The position numbers and the translations under genes are program-made. Of a DNA stretch of 64,000 nucleotides, positions 16,590 through 31,016 are shown in pieces. Numbering within the stretch: the stretch's first letter is position 1; each line of letters starts with the position of its first letter. The notes under the pieces are model-generated. The model did not search any database, had not been told where the DNA came from, and saw nothing but the letters and a program-made list of their open reading frames with translations. The DNA is from Octopus vulgaris. Its lineage: Eukaryota. Where the stretch lies: the NCBI GenBank assembly GCA_951406725.2, contig OX597833.1, forward strand, positions 4,960,001 through 5,024,000, read 5' to 3'.

Positions 16590-16724
16590 AGCGTATGCAC
16601 ATACATTTATAAATATTTATATACATGTTCATACACATTGATATCTATGTATATACATATATACTCACTCATTGACATGTAAAAAGCTATATATAAAAAT
16701 GTGTCTGTATATGGGTATATGTAA

Positions 16725-16783
<59 letters not shown>

Positions 16784-17959
16784 TAATGCATGTATATATA
16801 TGTATATATAAGTATATATATATATATTGTAAATATATACACATAGTCGTTATATATTTTCATTGATATATATATATATATATGAAGGTATGTGCGAAGG
16901 TTTTACTTTGCTATGAAGAATTTTCCATAATTCTTTGGTAACCGAAAAGTTAAAGAACTTCACTCTCTTAAACCTACCGTCTTTAATTATAATTGATAAG
17001 TGCTATTTAGCTGTTTAGCTGTGATGCAGTTGAAATAACATCAAAATCGTTTTATCCCCGACTATTTCATCTTTCTGTCTACATTAGTGATCCATGTAAC
17101 TTCTACTTCTAGCAAGTCAAAAACCTTGTACAAGCTTTCTTATTTCTTTTCGACGTAATTCGGTGATGAATCTGTTGTTGGTGGTATGTGCTTCGCTTTC
17201 TCTAATGTAGAGTCATGCAACAGATGATCGATTATCGACATCATTATCCTTGGCTTCTTCTTCTTCTTCTTCTTCTTCTTCTTCTTCTTCTTCTTCTTCT
17301 TCTTCTTCTTCTTCTTCTTCTTCTTCTTCTTCTTCTTCTTCTTCTTGTGAGTGGATTCGGTCAACGGAAACTGTGCAGAAGCATGTCGTATATATGTGTG
17401 TGCGAGTAAGTGTACGTGTGAGTGAGTGCGTGTGTGTAAGGTGTGCGCGTCTGTGTGCGTATCTTTGTGTTTGTTCCTCCACCGCTTGAAAATCGGCATT
17501 GGTCTGTTTACGTTCCGTTAACTAGCGGTTCAACAAAAAAGTCCGATAAAATAAATAGTAGGCTTAATAACAATAAAACAAAAAGAATAGATAGTGGATT
17601 CGACTTGTTAAAAGAAAAGAAAAACACTTCAAGGCGCTGCTCCAGCTTAGCCGCACTCCAGTCACCGAAACAAATAAAAGAATGGAAATTAATTAAGATA
17701 GACGTGAATACTGGCCACTACATCACCGTCTCTCATTGTCTTTCCACATAAGCTTTTATTCTTACTTCCGCTATTTCCAGTTCATAATTCCATCTCAGAA
17801 AAATTACTCTACCCTTATGGCTGGCTTCATACAACGCACCCCCGCCACCCAGCTTTGCAGGTTAACAACTCCATTACATCACCGCACAATTTACCCCCGC
17901 CCATGTTTACATGTCGTATCTGATAAATAAATTCACGCTAAAAGCAGAGAGCAAAGCTC

Positions 17960-18060
17960 CACCATCAATTATAACGTCACACGCTGTTTTCCGGAAGTAG
18001 CTAAACATGGCGTCGTGACGACGACTTACGTATAAAAGCTTGGGGCAAGAGCTTGAGAGG
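17960..18060 (+). promoter_or_regulatory. Candidate CpG-rich promoter
   Basis: ACGTCAC, ETS CCGGAAGT (17991), YY1-like AACATGGCG (18004), GTGACG and TATAAAA (18031) within 100 bp. Confidence 0.35.
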
Positions 18061-18598
18061 TTTCGTTTCAGCTTTTTCTTTTATATTATATTATATTATA
18101 ATATATTATATCTCATGTCATTTTCTATTAATTCCTAAAGCTTGGTAAAGGAATGTAAATGGAATTTAATGGCTTCCAGTAATGGTTGTAAGTACATGGC
18201 ACTCGTATTAAAACTTTTGAAGACACAAAGAATGGTTATTTATACCGTCTTCATAATATGCTATCGTCATCTTAATACATTAATCAGAACCTCAATTGAC
18301 CTTTGAATATTCAAGACGTATCGTTTCTCCTTAGTAACCCTTGAAAGTGGATATCTTTCGTTGAATTATCTCGCAGATGTGTTTCCTTTAACCAAAAGAT
18401 GCTAAAAAGAAATGATATCATGAAATAAATTGCCTGCATCTTTCTTTCATGTTTCAGAAGCAGAGTAATAAAAAAAATATCATAGTTGAACTGGCTGAAC
18501 TCGAGATGATGATGATGATGATGATGATGGTGGTGGTGATGATGATGATGATGATGGTGATGATGATAATGATAATAATAATAATAATAATAATAATG

Positions 18599-18635
<37 letters not shown>

Positions 18636-18636
<1 letters not shown>

Positions 18637-18940
18637 CTTTGGGGTTTGAGTAATTCACCTCTGGAAACATGGGTGGTTCTTTCAACATCCTTAAACAACC
18701 CTTATTCAGGGACCTTTTGAGCGGGATGGGCTACTCAACTTGAAGAAAATTCTAACTGGGCCCCACCTGCAAGGTCATGTGCTGTTTATCTTGATATGAG
18801 ATCACCATGTCGCGCACATATGGTTGTGATGCATGTGCCTGGTGTACCCTTATCAGACGGGTAGTCATGATGGGTATATTGGGCTTCATATATTTTACCC
18901 CAGTGTCACTTTGATGGCATGCACTGCTCTCTCACTCAAT
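18636..18940 (+). mobile_element. Unclassified retroposon 3' end inserted in (TAA)n
   Basis: About 300 bp of complex sequence bounded on both sides by (AAT)n tracts. Confidence 0.4.
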
Positions 18941-18941
18941 G

Positions 18942-19045
<104 letters not shown>

Positions 19046-19097
19046 AACAATAATAATAATGATAATAATAATGATAATAATAATGATAATAATAATG

Positions 19098-19133
<36 letters not shown>

Positions 19134-19134
<1 letters not shown>

Positions 19135-19367
19135 TACTTTCTATGTAATCTCAGGGTTTAAAACAAACATAATTTTCGTTTTTTTTTCTTTTTTCTTCTT
19201 TTTTCTTTTTTTAGACATTTACTAGTACAACACCAAAAAAAGAAAAAAAACAAATATATGGCACACTAGGCATAACAACAACATGAACTTCCAACCTGTT
19301 GTCTCTTGAGGTCTCTGGGTGAGACTTGGAGCCAACTTGTACAAATATAAAGCAAAAGTCAAACATA

Positions 19368-19370
<3 letters not shown>
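19134..19370 (+). mobile_element. R4/Dong-clade 3' UTR fragment
   Basis: Reverse complement of 11001-11225. Ends in (AAT)n. Confidence 0.75.
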
Positions 19371-19444
<74 letters not shown>

Positions 19445-19760
19445 GCTGTTGTTGTTTTTGTGAAAGACCAAAATAATAAAGTCTGTTTATTGATTGACAT
19501 GAGCATACCTTGTGATCATAATATCTCGTCAAAAGAATTTGATAAGCTCAGAAAAATATAAAGATTTACTGATTGAAATCGAAAAAAAATGTGGCATCTT
19601 AAGACGGTTGCAATACCAGTGATTGTAGGAGCACTTGGAAGGATAAAAAAAAGGAACTGAAAATTATTTAAGAATGATCCCTGGATTACCATCCATGCAG
19701 TAAGTGAAAAAGATTGTCTTAACTGGTAACTGGTCACATGTATTGAGAACAACATTTTTT
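19445..19760 (+). mobile_element. R4/Dong-clade restriction-like endonuclease remnant
   Basis: Frameshifted VKDQNNKVCLLIDMSIPCDHNISSKEFDKLRK/YKDLLIEIEK/MWHLKTVAIPVIVGALG...KIVLTG. Confidence 0.85.
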
Positions 19761-19933
19761 CCCCTTTTCCACTTTTATTTTCTTTGTTTTCTTTTTTCAT
19801 TTTTTTCTTTTTTCCCTTCTTTCTTGTCTTTCTTCCCCTTTTTTTCTATCACATGACTTTGTAAATGGACATTCTGATGTGTTTCTTTTAATGGTCCACT
19901 AATGTATATAGTGAATTTCTCTGCCGTAGGTGT

Positions 19934-20245
19934 CAGGACTTAGCTATTAAATTACAGAGACTATGGAAAAGGCGGGTAGATTGTATCCCAGTAGTTGTAG
20001 GTGCATTGGGAACTATCCCTAAAGATCTGAACAGATGGATAGAGGGAATAGGCATAAAACCCAGTTTAGTACAGCTGCAGAAAACAGTGTTATTAGGGAC
20101 AGCTAGGATACTTAGGAGGGCTCTTGGCATCTAAGGTTACTTCCTGTAACCCTAGAGGAGGGTTCTTGGCATCTAAGGCTACTTGATGTAGCCCGATGTT
20201 AGGATTCTTTTCTTTTCCAATAGTCTAATCTGTTGAATGTATATG

Positions 20246-20250
<5 letters not shown>
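19934..20250 (+). mobile_element. Second R4/Dong-clade RLE C-terminus plus 3' UTR
   Basis: QDLAIKLQRLWKRRVDCIPVVVGALGTIPKDLNRWIEGIGIKPSLVQLQKTVLLGTARILRRALGI* (stop 20132-20134). Confidence 0.85.
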
Positions 20251-20322
<72 letters not shown>

Positions 20323-20333
20323 AATAATAATAA

Positions 20334-20711
20334 CTAGAGCATCCAGAGAGCGCAAACCTCCGCCAAGGCAACACCGACGCCCTCTCAACGATTAGCCAGA
20401 GATGATTTTTAAAATGAGAATATCTGAAATAAACTCGAATGCTCTCACAAACGAGAATACTAAAAATGAACCCGACCATTCTCAAAAAATTAAGCAAAAA
20501 AACCGGAAAAATAATCCAGTACTCTTGTTCGGTTCCGGATCAATCCCCAGATCTAATCTGTTTGTGCCAGTCACGAGGCCAAACATCCTTGAAAGTTTCA
20601 TCCAAATCCATCCAGCGGTTCTTGAGATATCTTGTCCAAAGACAAACAAACAAACAAACAAACAAACACGACTGAAAACAATATCTCCGCCTTTGCTAAG
20701 GCGGTGGTAAT
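20334..20711 (-). mobile_element. Helentron-associated (HINE-like) non-autonomous element
   Basis: Minus strand begins ATTACCACCGCC...GGCGGAG with an internal (GTTT)n, has a subterminal GGCGGAGGT repeat and ends CTAG|TT. Partial second copy at about 48020-48210. Confidence 0.6.
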
Positions 20712-20946
20712 AATGATAATAATGGTTTAAAATTTTACCACAAGGGCAGCCATTTTGGGGAAATGGATGTTTCAATTACATTGACCCCAGTGTTCAACTG
20801 GTACTTGGTTTATCGACCCAATAGGATAAAAGACAAAGACGACCTCGGCGGACCCCAGTGTTCAACTGGTACTTGGTTTATCGACCCCAAAAGGATGAAA
20901 GACAAAGACGACCTCGGCAGAATTTGGACAAAACAAAACAGTCTAA

Positions 20947-21185
20947 TTTCGTTTTTGGATTTGGTGTGCAAGATTCTTTATGTGAGTTCGTGTGTTGAAG
21001 CATATTCTGTTGTGTCTGGGGAGAGTCACTTTCTGTTTGTGCCTTATAATGTAACACACTCGCCGGTAAAATTTCCACTTATTTCTTATTTTCTTAAAAT
21101 TTTCGTTGCGTCTTGCAACCTTTTCAATAGTCTTGACTCCCAAGACTATTGAAAATGTTGCGAGAAAATGACTCACCCCAGACAC
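20947..21185. mobile_element. Partly inverted short insertion with 15-bp flanking direct repeat (Penelope-like)
   Basis: AACAAAACAGTCTAA at 20932-20946 and 21186-21200, with internal inverted segments. Confidence 0.6.
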
Positions 21186-21239
21186 AACAAAACAGTCTAA
21201 GATCATAGAGTTTGCAATACTATACAATAATAGTCGATA

Positions 21240-21560
21240 GCAAAGAAATTGAAGAAAAAAAACCTTGAGAAATATGAGGACTTAGTCTGTGAGACCAAGA
21301 TTTGCGTAAGTCAAATGTGACAATTATTCTGGCGGTAACTGGTGCACTTGGCACAAAACTGAAACTGCTGTCTAAGAGACTTAAGGATTATGGAACTGAA
21401 ATTCTTATTGTCAAATTATAAAAAAATTGTAATCCTGTAATTTGCAGGAATCTTGAGAAAGATTCTAGAGATTTGAGAAAACTTGTTGTCAGCTGCCCTC
21501 AAAATAGCATTCTTGCTAATTAAGTAAGCATGTAATAGATTTGGAAAAATAATAATAAAT
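21240..21560 (+). mobile_element. Third, older R4/Dong-clade RLE remnant
   Basis: Degenerate LEKYEDL...VTIILAVTGALGTK...KIVIL...GILRKILEI*. Confidence 0.65.
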
Positions 21561-21890
21561 TTGTGATCTCGGTTGGAGTTCTAAGAAGCAAAGAACAATC
21601 TAGAAAATAGTATTGGTTTGATGGTTAGGAATCTATCAAGACTTGACAGGAATATCAATGTTGGTAAACAGCATTAATACTGTTTACCAGTATCGGGAAG
21701 ATGGTATACGATTTTGGAATGTAAAATGTAAGAATATAACAAGTCTTGTACAAGAATCAGCTGAGAAAGACACAGAACAGGACAAGAAGAGATTGTGAGG
21801 AAGAGAGGAGACAGACGGAGAGAGTGTATGCTTGAGTGTAAAAGACAGGAGCTGAGAGAGAAAGAGCGATAGAGAGGGAGATAGACTGAC

Positions 21891-21927
<37 letters not shown>

Positions 21928-22584
21928 TATAGATATATAGATAGATAGATAGATAGGGAGGGAGGAAGAGAGAGAGAGAGAGTGAGAGCGGAGGGAAGGA
22001 GAATCGGGCGGTGATGGTTTTGGGAGAGAGAAAAATCAATATTGTTTGATTCTTTGAACGCAACACCCCCGCAAAAATCGACTTGTACGCCGTTTGGTCG
22101 CTGCGTAACCGAGGCTACGCACACTGTAACATCGGCTGCAACTGCTGTGCATAAAATATGAAGGCAATAGATAGATAGATAGACAATGAGAGGTGACGTG
22201 GTGTTTTCCTAAGCTAATTCTTTTACCAATACTGAAGAACTAGATAAGAAAAAGTCACACAAAGCAACTTGAATTCACAAACACGACGATAGCGAACGAA
22301 GACGGCGACGATAAGGAACGTCAACGGCGGCGACGGACGAACGACAACGGCGGCGTACGGAAGACGACGGCGAAGAACGAACGATGGTTTTAATGGTATA
22401 AGGGAAGTTTTTGTTGTAGGTGTTGTTGTTGTTGTTGATAATGGTGGTGTAGGAGATAGAAAAGCTGATTACACACACCAATGCTCGCGGCACCGATTCA
22501 TATCCAGCGACTAAAGTTGAATTATTATTTCCTTAAACAAACAACATTGCAAGCTTTGGTAAACCTGCTTTTAAAAGCGAAGCG

Positions 22585-22663
<79 letters not shown>

Positions 22664-22920
22664 GCTCGTAAGCAGACGACACCTTCCACACACGCTGCCT
22701 GCATTCCATTTGTTTCCGTTTTGGTTTTTTATTTTATTATCGGCAATAAACCTTGATATTTAATGGAAATGCTAAATAATTTCCTTCAGTCAACACCAGA
22801 CTAACCAATAAATATGTGATCGTTAAATTGAAAGAGAAGACAAACTGAATCTAGCTCCATCTTCTTTCAGGAACACGTTGACTTCTTAAATGTATTAACA
22901 GACAAGTTGTCTCCCCTGAT

Positions 22921-22972
<52 letters not shown>

Positions 22973-23037
22973 GAGATAGATAGATAGATAGATAGTTAGA
23001 TAGATAGATAGAAAGAGATAGATAGATAGATAGATAT

Positions 23038-23428
23038 GTTTCTTTATTAGCCACACAGGGCTGCACACAGATGGGACAAACTACAAGGTAGAGCTTTTCT
23101 TCTGGGGGACAAAAAAAGGTGGGAGGGGGGTAGGTTTTCGATCAAAAGGGATCGTAAAAAGGAAAGAAAAAGAAAAGAGAAAGAGAAAAGAAAGAGAAAG
23201 CAAAGTGAAGGGAGGGAAAAAATAAAAAAATAAAAAGGAAAAAATCGATCAATACGGATCGTGTATCACAGAAATGTCATGATATAAAGTGTAAAGGAGG
23301 AAACAGAGGATGTTTATCCGTGGAAAGAAAAGCCTTCGGAAAATACCACGGTAACCTCGGTCAATAATGTCACATGTTAACACATTTATTTGCAAGTAAG
23401 TAACTATCTGTTTAAAATTTTTCCGGGT
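23038..23428 (-). mobile_element. Unclassified retroelement 3' end in (GATA)n
   Basis: Complex block bounded by (GATA)n on both sides, with AATAAA at its minus-strand end. Confidence 0.35.
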
Positions 23429-23838
23429 TAGATAGATAGATAGATAGATGGATAGACGGATAGGAAGGCAGTTAGGTAGGTAGATAGATAGAGTAACAGA
23501 GAGATAGATAGACAGACAGACAGACAGATAGGTTAGATAGATAGCTAGATAAATGGATGGATGGATAGCTGGATTGGTAGATAGGTAGAGGGACGATGGG
23601 GAGGTTTTTCAATTAAAGGATAAGGCTAGTGTTAATGGAATTGATGCAACAAAATTTCATTAAAATCGCGCGCAGTGAAGGGAGAAAATCATAATTAGCT
23701 TGATGAATAGCTCAGATCAAGAAATTCAGGGAAGACAACTTTGGACATGTTCTAGCCTTTTTTAATCTCTTTAGTAGAAAAATGTATGCATGTATGTATG
23801 TATGTATATATGTATGTATGTATGTATGTATCTATGTG

Positions 23839-23918
<80 letters not shown>

Positions 23919-24241
23919 ACATTTTCTCAGCGATACTTATAACCTGATGTTAAAACTCAATATACTTCAGAATAAAGCGTTAGTCGTCTACAAAGCATAA
24001 TATAAAATTCATAATATGAAATTGAAATACATGACAAAAGAAAAAGAAATATTATGAAATGCATTTCATTAGCTTACAGCTGTTTCTGCTGTTGAATGCA
24101 GTGCCTGTGCTCCGACGAAGCAATAAGGTAATCCACAAGCACCTAGCTCTGAGGGCACTGCAACTTATAGCAGAACTTCATTGCATAATATCCTGTTGCT
24201 TTGTGATCTATTTTCTTTCACACACACACAACACACACACA

Positions 24242-24314
<73 letters not shown>

Positions 24315-24384
24315 GGAAAACTAGATAACGACACGATCTCATTGATATTTCAAAAAATACATATTTCTACAACTGTTTCAATAA

Positions 24385-25000
24385 TGGTTCTAAATTTTGG
24401 CGCAATGCCAGAATCTCGGAGGAGGAGATAAGTCGATTACATCTCTCCCTGTGTTCAACTGGTTCTTATTTTATCGACCCTGAAACGATGAAAGGCAAAG
24501 TCGATCTCAGCGGAATTTGAACACAGAACGAAAAGGCGGTCAAATGTCGCTAAGCATTTCGCCCAGCGTGCTAACGATTCTGCCAGCTCACCGCCTTGAC
24601 CCATACGAAAATACTGGTTTCAAATTTTGACACAAGCCTAGAAACTTTGAGAGAGAGTGTTAGTCGATTACATTGACCCCACTGTTAAACTGGACCTTTT
24701 TATATCGATCCCGAAAGGGAGAAAGGCAAAGTCGACCTCGGCAGAATTTGAACTCAGAATGCTGTAGACAGACGAAATACCTATTTCTTTACTGCCAACA
24801 AGGGGCTAAACACAGAGGGGACAAACAAGGACAGACAAACAGATTAAGTCGATTACATCGACATCAGTACATAACTAGTACTTAATTTATCGACCCCGAA
24901 AGGATGAAAGGCAAAGTCGACCTCGGCGGAATTTGAACTCAGAATGTTAAAGACAGACGAAATACCGCTAAGCATTTTACTCGGCTTAAAACGATTCTGT
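24385..25000 (-). mobile_element. SINE family B (tRNA-like head, Nin/Deu-like core): a monomer plus a dimer
   Basis: Repeated TTTATCGACCCCGAAAGGATGAAAGGCAAAGTCGACCTCGGCGGAATTTGAACTC. B-box GAGTTCAAATTCC on the minus strand. Confidence 0.8.
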
Positions 25001-25649
25001 AAGCGATTCTGTCTGCTTTCTTCCCTGGTTCACACGAAAATATTGCTAACTAGATAAAATTATCTAATTACATGATATTTAATTGCAATTATTAAATTAA
25101 TTTAATTCAGTCGTCTGTAGCATGAAAGCCATTTAATCAGGAATATTTTTGCAGTCGTTTGTTTTCCGTTCGTCCTAAAATTCTGCTTTGATCATTCCTC
25201 TTAGCCAATATTTAACCTTTATGCAACATCATACCTGTTATTGCAATTATATTGAAGTAATAAAATATTGGAGTTTAACGATTTGCTAAAGACTGAACAG
25301 AAATATAGTGAATAATTGCACAAGCACTGAATCACTGTGTGGCCGTACGCTAATGAAAGTGGCTGCGTAAATCTCGTTCTTCTGTCATTCAATGAATTAA
25401 TGAATTGATATACGTTCGGTGTGTGTCTTCCGGTTTATAAAAGAGTCTGAAATGGAGGACGTCAGTGAATTCCTATCTGGTCACCGCCAGAGATTATTAA
25501 TACTGTGAAGTGCCAGTAACAAGCATGTCGAGTTCTAACAACTGGTTATTGGTCCCGCTATAGCAGAGCGGAATCATACACACACACACATACATACATA
25601 CATACATATACATAAATTCATTCATACATTTCTTATTATCTATCTATCC

Positions 25650-25785
<136 letters not shown>

Positions 25786-25793
25786 ATATATCC

Positions 25794-25890
<97 letters not shown>

Positions 25891-25940
25891 AAATCTATAT
25901 GTATGTGTGTGTGTGTGTGTATGTGTGTGCTTGCGCACGC

Positions 25941-25975
<35 letters not shown>

Positions 25976-26265
25976 CGCTGGAGCGGCTGTGTGTTTCCAA
26001 CCACATGGTTCCGAGTTCAGTCCCACTGAGTGGCACCTTGGGCAAGTGTATTCTACTATAGCCTCGCGCCGACCAAAGCCTTGTGAGTGGAATCGGTAGA
26101 CGGAAACTGCAATAAGGGTGGAGCACTTGTAGAAAACAGCACTGCTTGGAACCGCTCGAATACTCCGGAATGTGCTCGAAAAATAAAAGATGTTACCTTA
26201 GTTCAGTGGTAGTGGACAGCTGGCACCGTAGTACATCTCCAGCATTAGAAGCTGTGCAAAGGCAA

Positions 26266-26325
<60 letters not shown>

Positions 26326-26940
26326 TAATAATAATAATAATAATAATGATGATGATGATGATGATGATGACGATGATGATGATGATGATGATGATGATGA
26401 TAAACGGACAGCAACCTTTGAAGCACGATGCTATTCGCTCTCACAGAATCAGCCACAGCGAGCAAGACCGATCGTTCTGAGAAGAAAAACAACAACAACA
26501 ACAACAACAATAACAACAACAACAGCAGCAGCAGCAGCAGCAGCAGCATCAACAACAACACTACACCTCCCTATTTCGGCTTCGATTCGATCATAATGAA
26601 ACTGAGTGTGTTGTTTATTTGTTTTTGCGTTTGTTTTGTGAAACAAGAATAGAATTGAAGTCGTTTCTTCTTTCGATATTTGATTAAAAGCGGAATTTGA
26701 ATATCATTAAAGATTGTCTTCCCACGTTCTGCACTAATCCTGCTAATCAGGTTAAAGTGAATGTCATTTAAGTTTAATGTGATTACAGATCAGTAAGTGG
26801 CCTATTTTGCGCAATACAAGACTATCTTTTAATCAAATTAACTTAAATTCTCACTGATTGCTTACTGTGACACACGGACACACATCTGTTATGTGAGCGA
26901 AGGATTTTTTTTATGTGAGGAAAATGGCAGTTTGGAGGGC

Positions 26941-27545
26941 GTTGAGCTGGCAGAATCGTTAGCACGCCGGGCGAAATGCGTAGCCGTATTTCGTCTGCCG
27001 TTACGTTCTGAGTTCAAATTCCGCCGAGGTCGACTTTGCCTTTCATCCTTTCGGGATCGTCGATAAATTAAGTACCAGTTACGCACTGGGGTCGATATAA
27101 TCGACTTAATCCGTCTGTCTGTCCTTGTTTGTCTCCTCTGTGTTTAGCCCCTTGTGGGTAACAAAGAAACAGATATTTCGTCTGCTGTTACGTTCTGAGT
27201 TCAAATTCCGCCGAGGTCGACTTTGCCCTTCATCCTTTCGGGATCGTCGATAAATTAAGTACCAGTTACGCACTGGGGTCGATATAATCGACTTAATCCG
27301 TCTGTCTGTCCTTGTTTGTCTCCTCTGTGTTTAGCCCCTTGTGGGTAACAAAGAAACAGATATTTCGTCTGCTGTTACGTTCTGAGTTCAAATTCCGCCG
27401 AGGTCGACTTTGCCCTTCATCCTTTCGGGATCGTCGATAAATTAAGTACCAGTTACGCATTGGGGTCGATATAATCGACTTAATCCGTCTGTCTGTCCTT
27501 GTTTGTCTCCTCTGTGTTTAGCCCCTTGTGGGTAGTAAAAAAATA
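26941..27545 (+). mobile_element. SINE family B trimer (187-bp internal period)
   Basis: One head (GAGCTGGCAGAATCGTT), then B-box+core+tail repeated at 27001, 27188 and 27375. Confidence 0.85.
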
Positions 27546-28644
27546 GAAAATGGTAGTTTGGGGAGAAAGACGGCTTCGACAAGATGCGGCAAAAACACTT
27601 CACATTCACCATTCTTGATAAACGTTTCTATAATACACGCAAAAACTGTACTGAATTAATCCATGGTATTAACCAAAACAAAACTGTTAGACATTAGCTG
27701 TGTGACAAAACTATTTTCATTTTCTTCACTTTAATAGTGACGCAACAGTGGCTGTGGGAAATATGGGAGGTTTTTCTGCTGCATCATGTATTAATTGAAT
27801 ATGTAAACGAAGTGGGCTAAAAATAATCAACTCTCACGAAGTTTGGAAAGAGAACGTAGAGAGGATTCAACCAAGTAGTACACATAAATTGTTTTGTAGC
27901 CACCCCCGCCAAATCCTGTTTAGTTAATACGTATATAAAGCTGTGTTGGCATAGAATGACCAAATGGTTAAACAGTTCGCTTCCCAGCCCTGAGGTTTCG
28001 GGTTCGATTTCACTGTTTCTATGCCGTCAAATCCACAACTGGTTTGATACTGCCGCTTCGCTGTTGTAGTTAGTTCTGCTGCAAAGGCAAATCACTATTG
28101 TTTTATTCATACGCCACCAGCTCTGATTGGCTGGGATCTGCCACAGCACAACTGAACTATGCGACAGCGACGTAATAGATCTTTCCTGACTCGGGACAGC
28201 GGTCTCAGTCGTGGTTGCGCTGCTACAAGCCTTGTTGAGACAGACTTCCAATAAACTGGAAAATAAAAACAAAAATAGAAATAAACAGAGAAAACCAAAG
28301 GACTTCGATTAACTGAGATTATGCGATAACTCTGGTAAAAAATAAACCAACCATACTTACTGCATTTCCCATGATAATTGTTTTTAGATCTTCAATATAG
28401 CTAGAATGAAGTTTCTGTCTAAAGAACACGTGGCTAACGACAGATAATCGAAGTTTTTCCGATATAATTACGCACGTTAGACCCAATTTTATTTATGTTT
28501 ATGATAAAAGCTTCCCTTGGGTACGTTGCTTTCAACCTCTGAGCGTGTGTGTATTTGTGTGTGTGGAGGTGTGGTTGTATATAAATCAAAATAATACATA
28601 CGTATTTATATATATATACAAACACACATACATACATACACACA

Positions 28645-28714
<70 letters not shown>

Positions 28715-28795
28715 CTTACATATATACACTGAAATATATCTACATGTGCATGTAATATATGTTTACATATACATACACACATACATACGCACAAT

Positions 28796-28826
<31 letters not shown>

Positions 28827-28838
28827 CTTATGTCAGTC

Positions 28839-28872
<34 letters not shown>

Positions 28873-28974
28873 CAATGATTTAAAATGTGCTGAATACTAA
28901 GATGTATGCGCAAGAAAATAAAAATAATTTTAATGGCGAAGTTGAGAGATCTGATTAGAAAGAGGCAAAGTGTG

Positions 28975-29044
<70 letters not shown>

Positions 29045-29367
29045 GAAAGCAACTATAAAACATGCAGGAATAAGTCAATAAAATAGGAAAATGAATTGCA
29101 GTCTGTTGACATGGCAGCTTTTGTTTGTCATAAGTATGTATATAAATAAATAAATAAATAAATATATATATATATATATATATAGTAGTAGCAACAGAGA
29201 AGAATTTTGATTATCCTCACGTGGTGAGTTGTAATTAAAATAAGGAAAATACGCACACTTACATAGTTTTAATATAATTTTTAATATATCGACCGGTTTG
29301 GCTACTGCTATTCATGATATTACTTACTTGACTATGTATTTCTTCTTAGAAGAAATTAAAAAAAATT

Positions 29368-29404
<37 letters not shown>

Positions 29405-29626
29405 ATTCTTTTTAAATATATTTTGTTATTGGCGAATCAACAAATCCACTCACAAGGCTTTGGTCGGCCCGAGGCTATAGTAGAAGACACTAGCCCGAGG
29501 TGCCACGCAGTGGGACTGAACCCGGAACCATGTGGTTGGTAAGCAAGCTACTTACCACACAGCCACTCCTGCGCCTATATATATATATATATTTGTAAAA
29601 CACAAACGTACACACACACACACATA

Positions 29627-30038
29627 GGCGCAGGAGTGGCTGTGTGGTAAGTAGCTTGTTTACCAACCACATGGTTCTGGGTTCAGTCCCACTGCGTGGC
29701 ACCTTGGGCAAGTGTCTTCTACTATAGCCTCGGGCCGACCAAAGCCATGTGAGTGGATTTGGTAGACGGAAACTGAAAGAAGCCTGTCGTATATATGTAT
29801 ATATTTATATGTATGTGTGTGTGTGTTTGTGTGTCTGTGTTTGTCCCCCTAGCATTGCTTGACAACCGATGCTGGTGTGTCTACGTCCCCGTCACTTAGT
29901 GGTTCGGCAAAAGAGACCGATAGAATAAGTACTGGGCTTACACAAAGAATAAGTCCCGGGGTCGAGTTGCTCGACTAAAGGCGGTGCTCCAGCATGGCCG
30001 CAGTCAAATGACTGAAACAAATAAAAGAGTAAAAGAGT
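29627..30038 (+). mobile_element. SINE family A, full length (tRNA-like head, CORE-like segment, internal microsatellite, (AAGAGTA)n tail)
   Basis: GGCGCAGGAGTGGCTGTGTGGT...GGGTTCAGTCCC...CACCTTGGGCAAGTGTCTT...GCTCCAGCATGGCCGCAGTCAAATGACTGAAACAA. At least 15 copies or fragments in the window. Confidence 0.9.
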
Positions 30039-30074
30039 ATACATAGATAAGCACCTGTGTAAGCATATGTAATA

Positions 30075-30582
30075 TCTATATATATAAATCTCTAGTTGTG
30101 TGAGTGTCTGTCCCCTTCGATTTAGATTCCCAACTCCTCCCACATTTTGCGGTGCAGTTTAACCAAATTCGGGTATCTTATAGTCGTGATTCATATCGAG
30201 CCCGTCTGACTATTAGCGCGCGTCAACGATGAGTCTACGATTTTAAAAATAATTTAACATCATTTTTTATTCCATTTTAATGCATAAAATGCATCGTGTG
30301 TCGATGGCGGCGGAGTTGGCGTCCACGCTCACAGCTGCACCTGTTTGCTTCTCCCCTTCTTCCCTCCCTCGTGAAGCTGTGGGGAAGGGAGTGTAAAGAA
30401 ATCAACGTCGTAATGCGTTGTCAAGGAGACCAGCGTTCTTTTAGAACAACGACTTCATGGCTTGAAGACACCAAAACAGAAATGGCTAAGAAAGCCCGAA
30501 TTTATAAGGGAAGTAACTCTCTAAAAATGCTTATATAGTTATTTCCCTTACAACCCCGAGCAACGCCGGGCGATACTGCTAG
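30075..30582 (+). mobile_element. Non-autonomous Helitron
   Basis: A|TC start, subterminal hairpin CCCG-AGCAACGC-CGGG (30555-30570), CTAG|T end. Confidence 0.8.
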
Positions 30583-30973
30583 TTCTTGTATAATCCAATT
30601 CTCTTCCTGGTTTCTTTTGTCTGTGTCGTGTCTTCCTAAAGGCAGGTTAACATCCCGACATTGTGCAATTGTTGGGGGGGGGGGAGATATGAAAACGTCA
30701 GACGTGGAATAAACAGACGAAACGAAACAGTAAAGCTTAGGCAAGAAAATCGGTTTTTGAACAAATAGATAAGAAGCAGATGCAGGACGTTTGTCGACCT
30801 GCGTCTGTCGCTCAGTGTATGTGTGTGTATGTATGTATGTGTGCGTCTGTGTGTATGTATGTGTGTATGTATGTATGTGTATGCATGTATGTGTGTATGT
30901 ATGTATGTATCTATCTATCTATCTATCTATGTATGTGTGTGTATGTATGTGTATATGTGTATGTATGTTTGTA

Positions 30974-31016
<43 letters not shown>

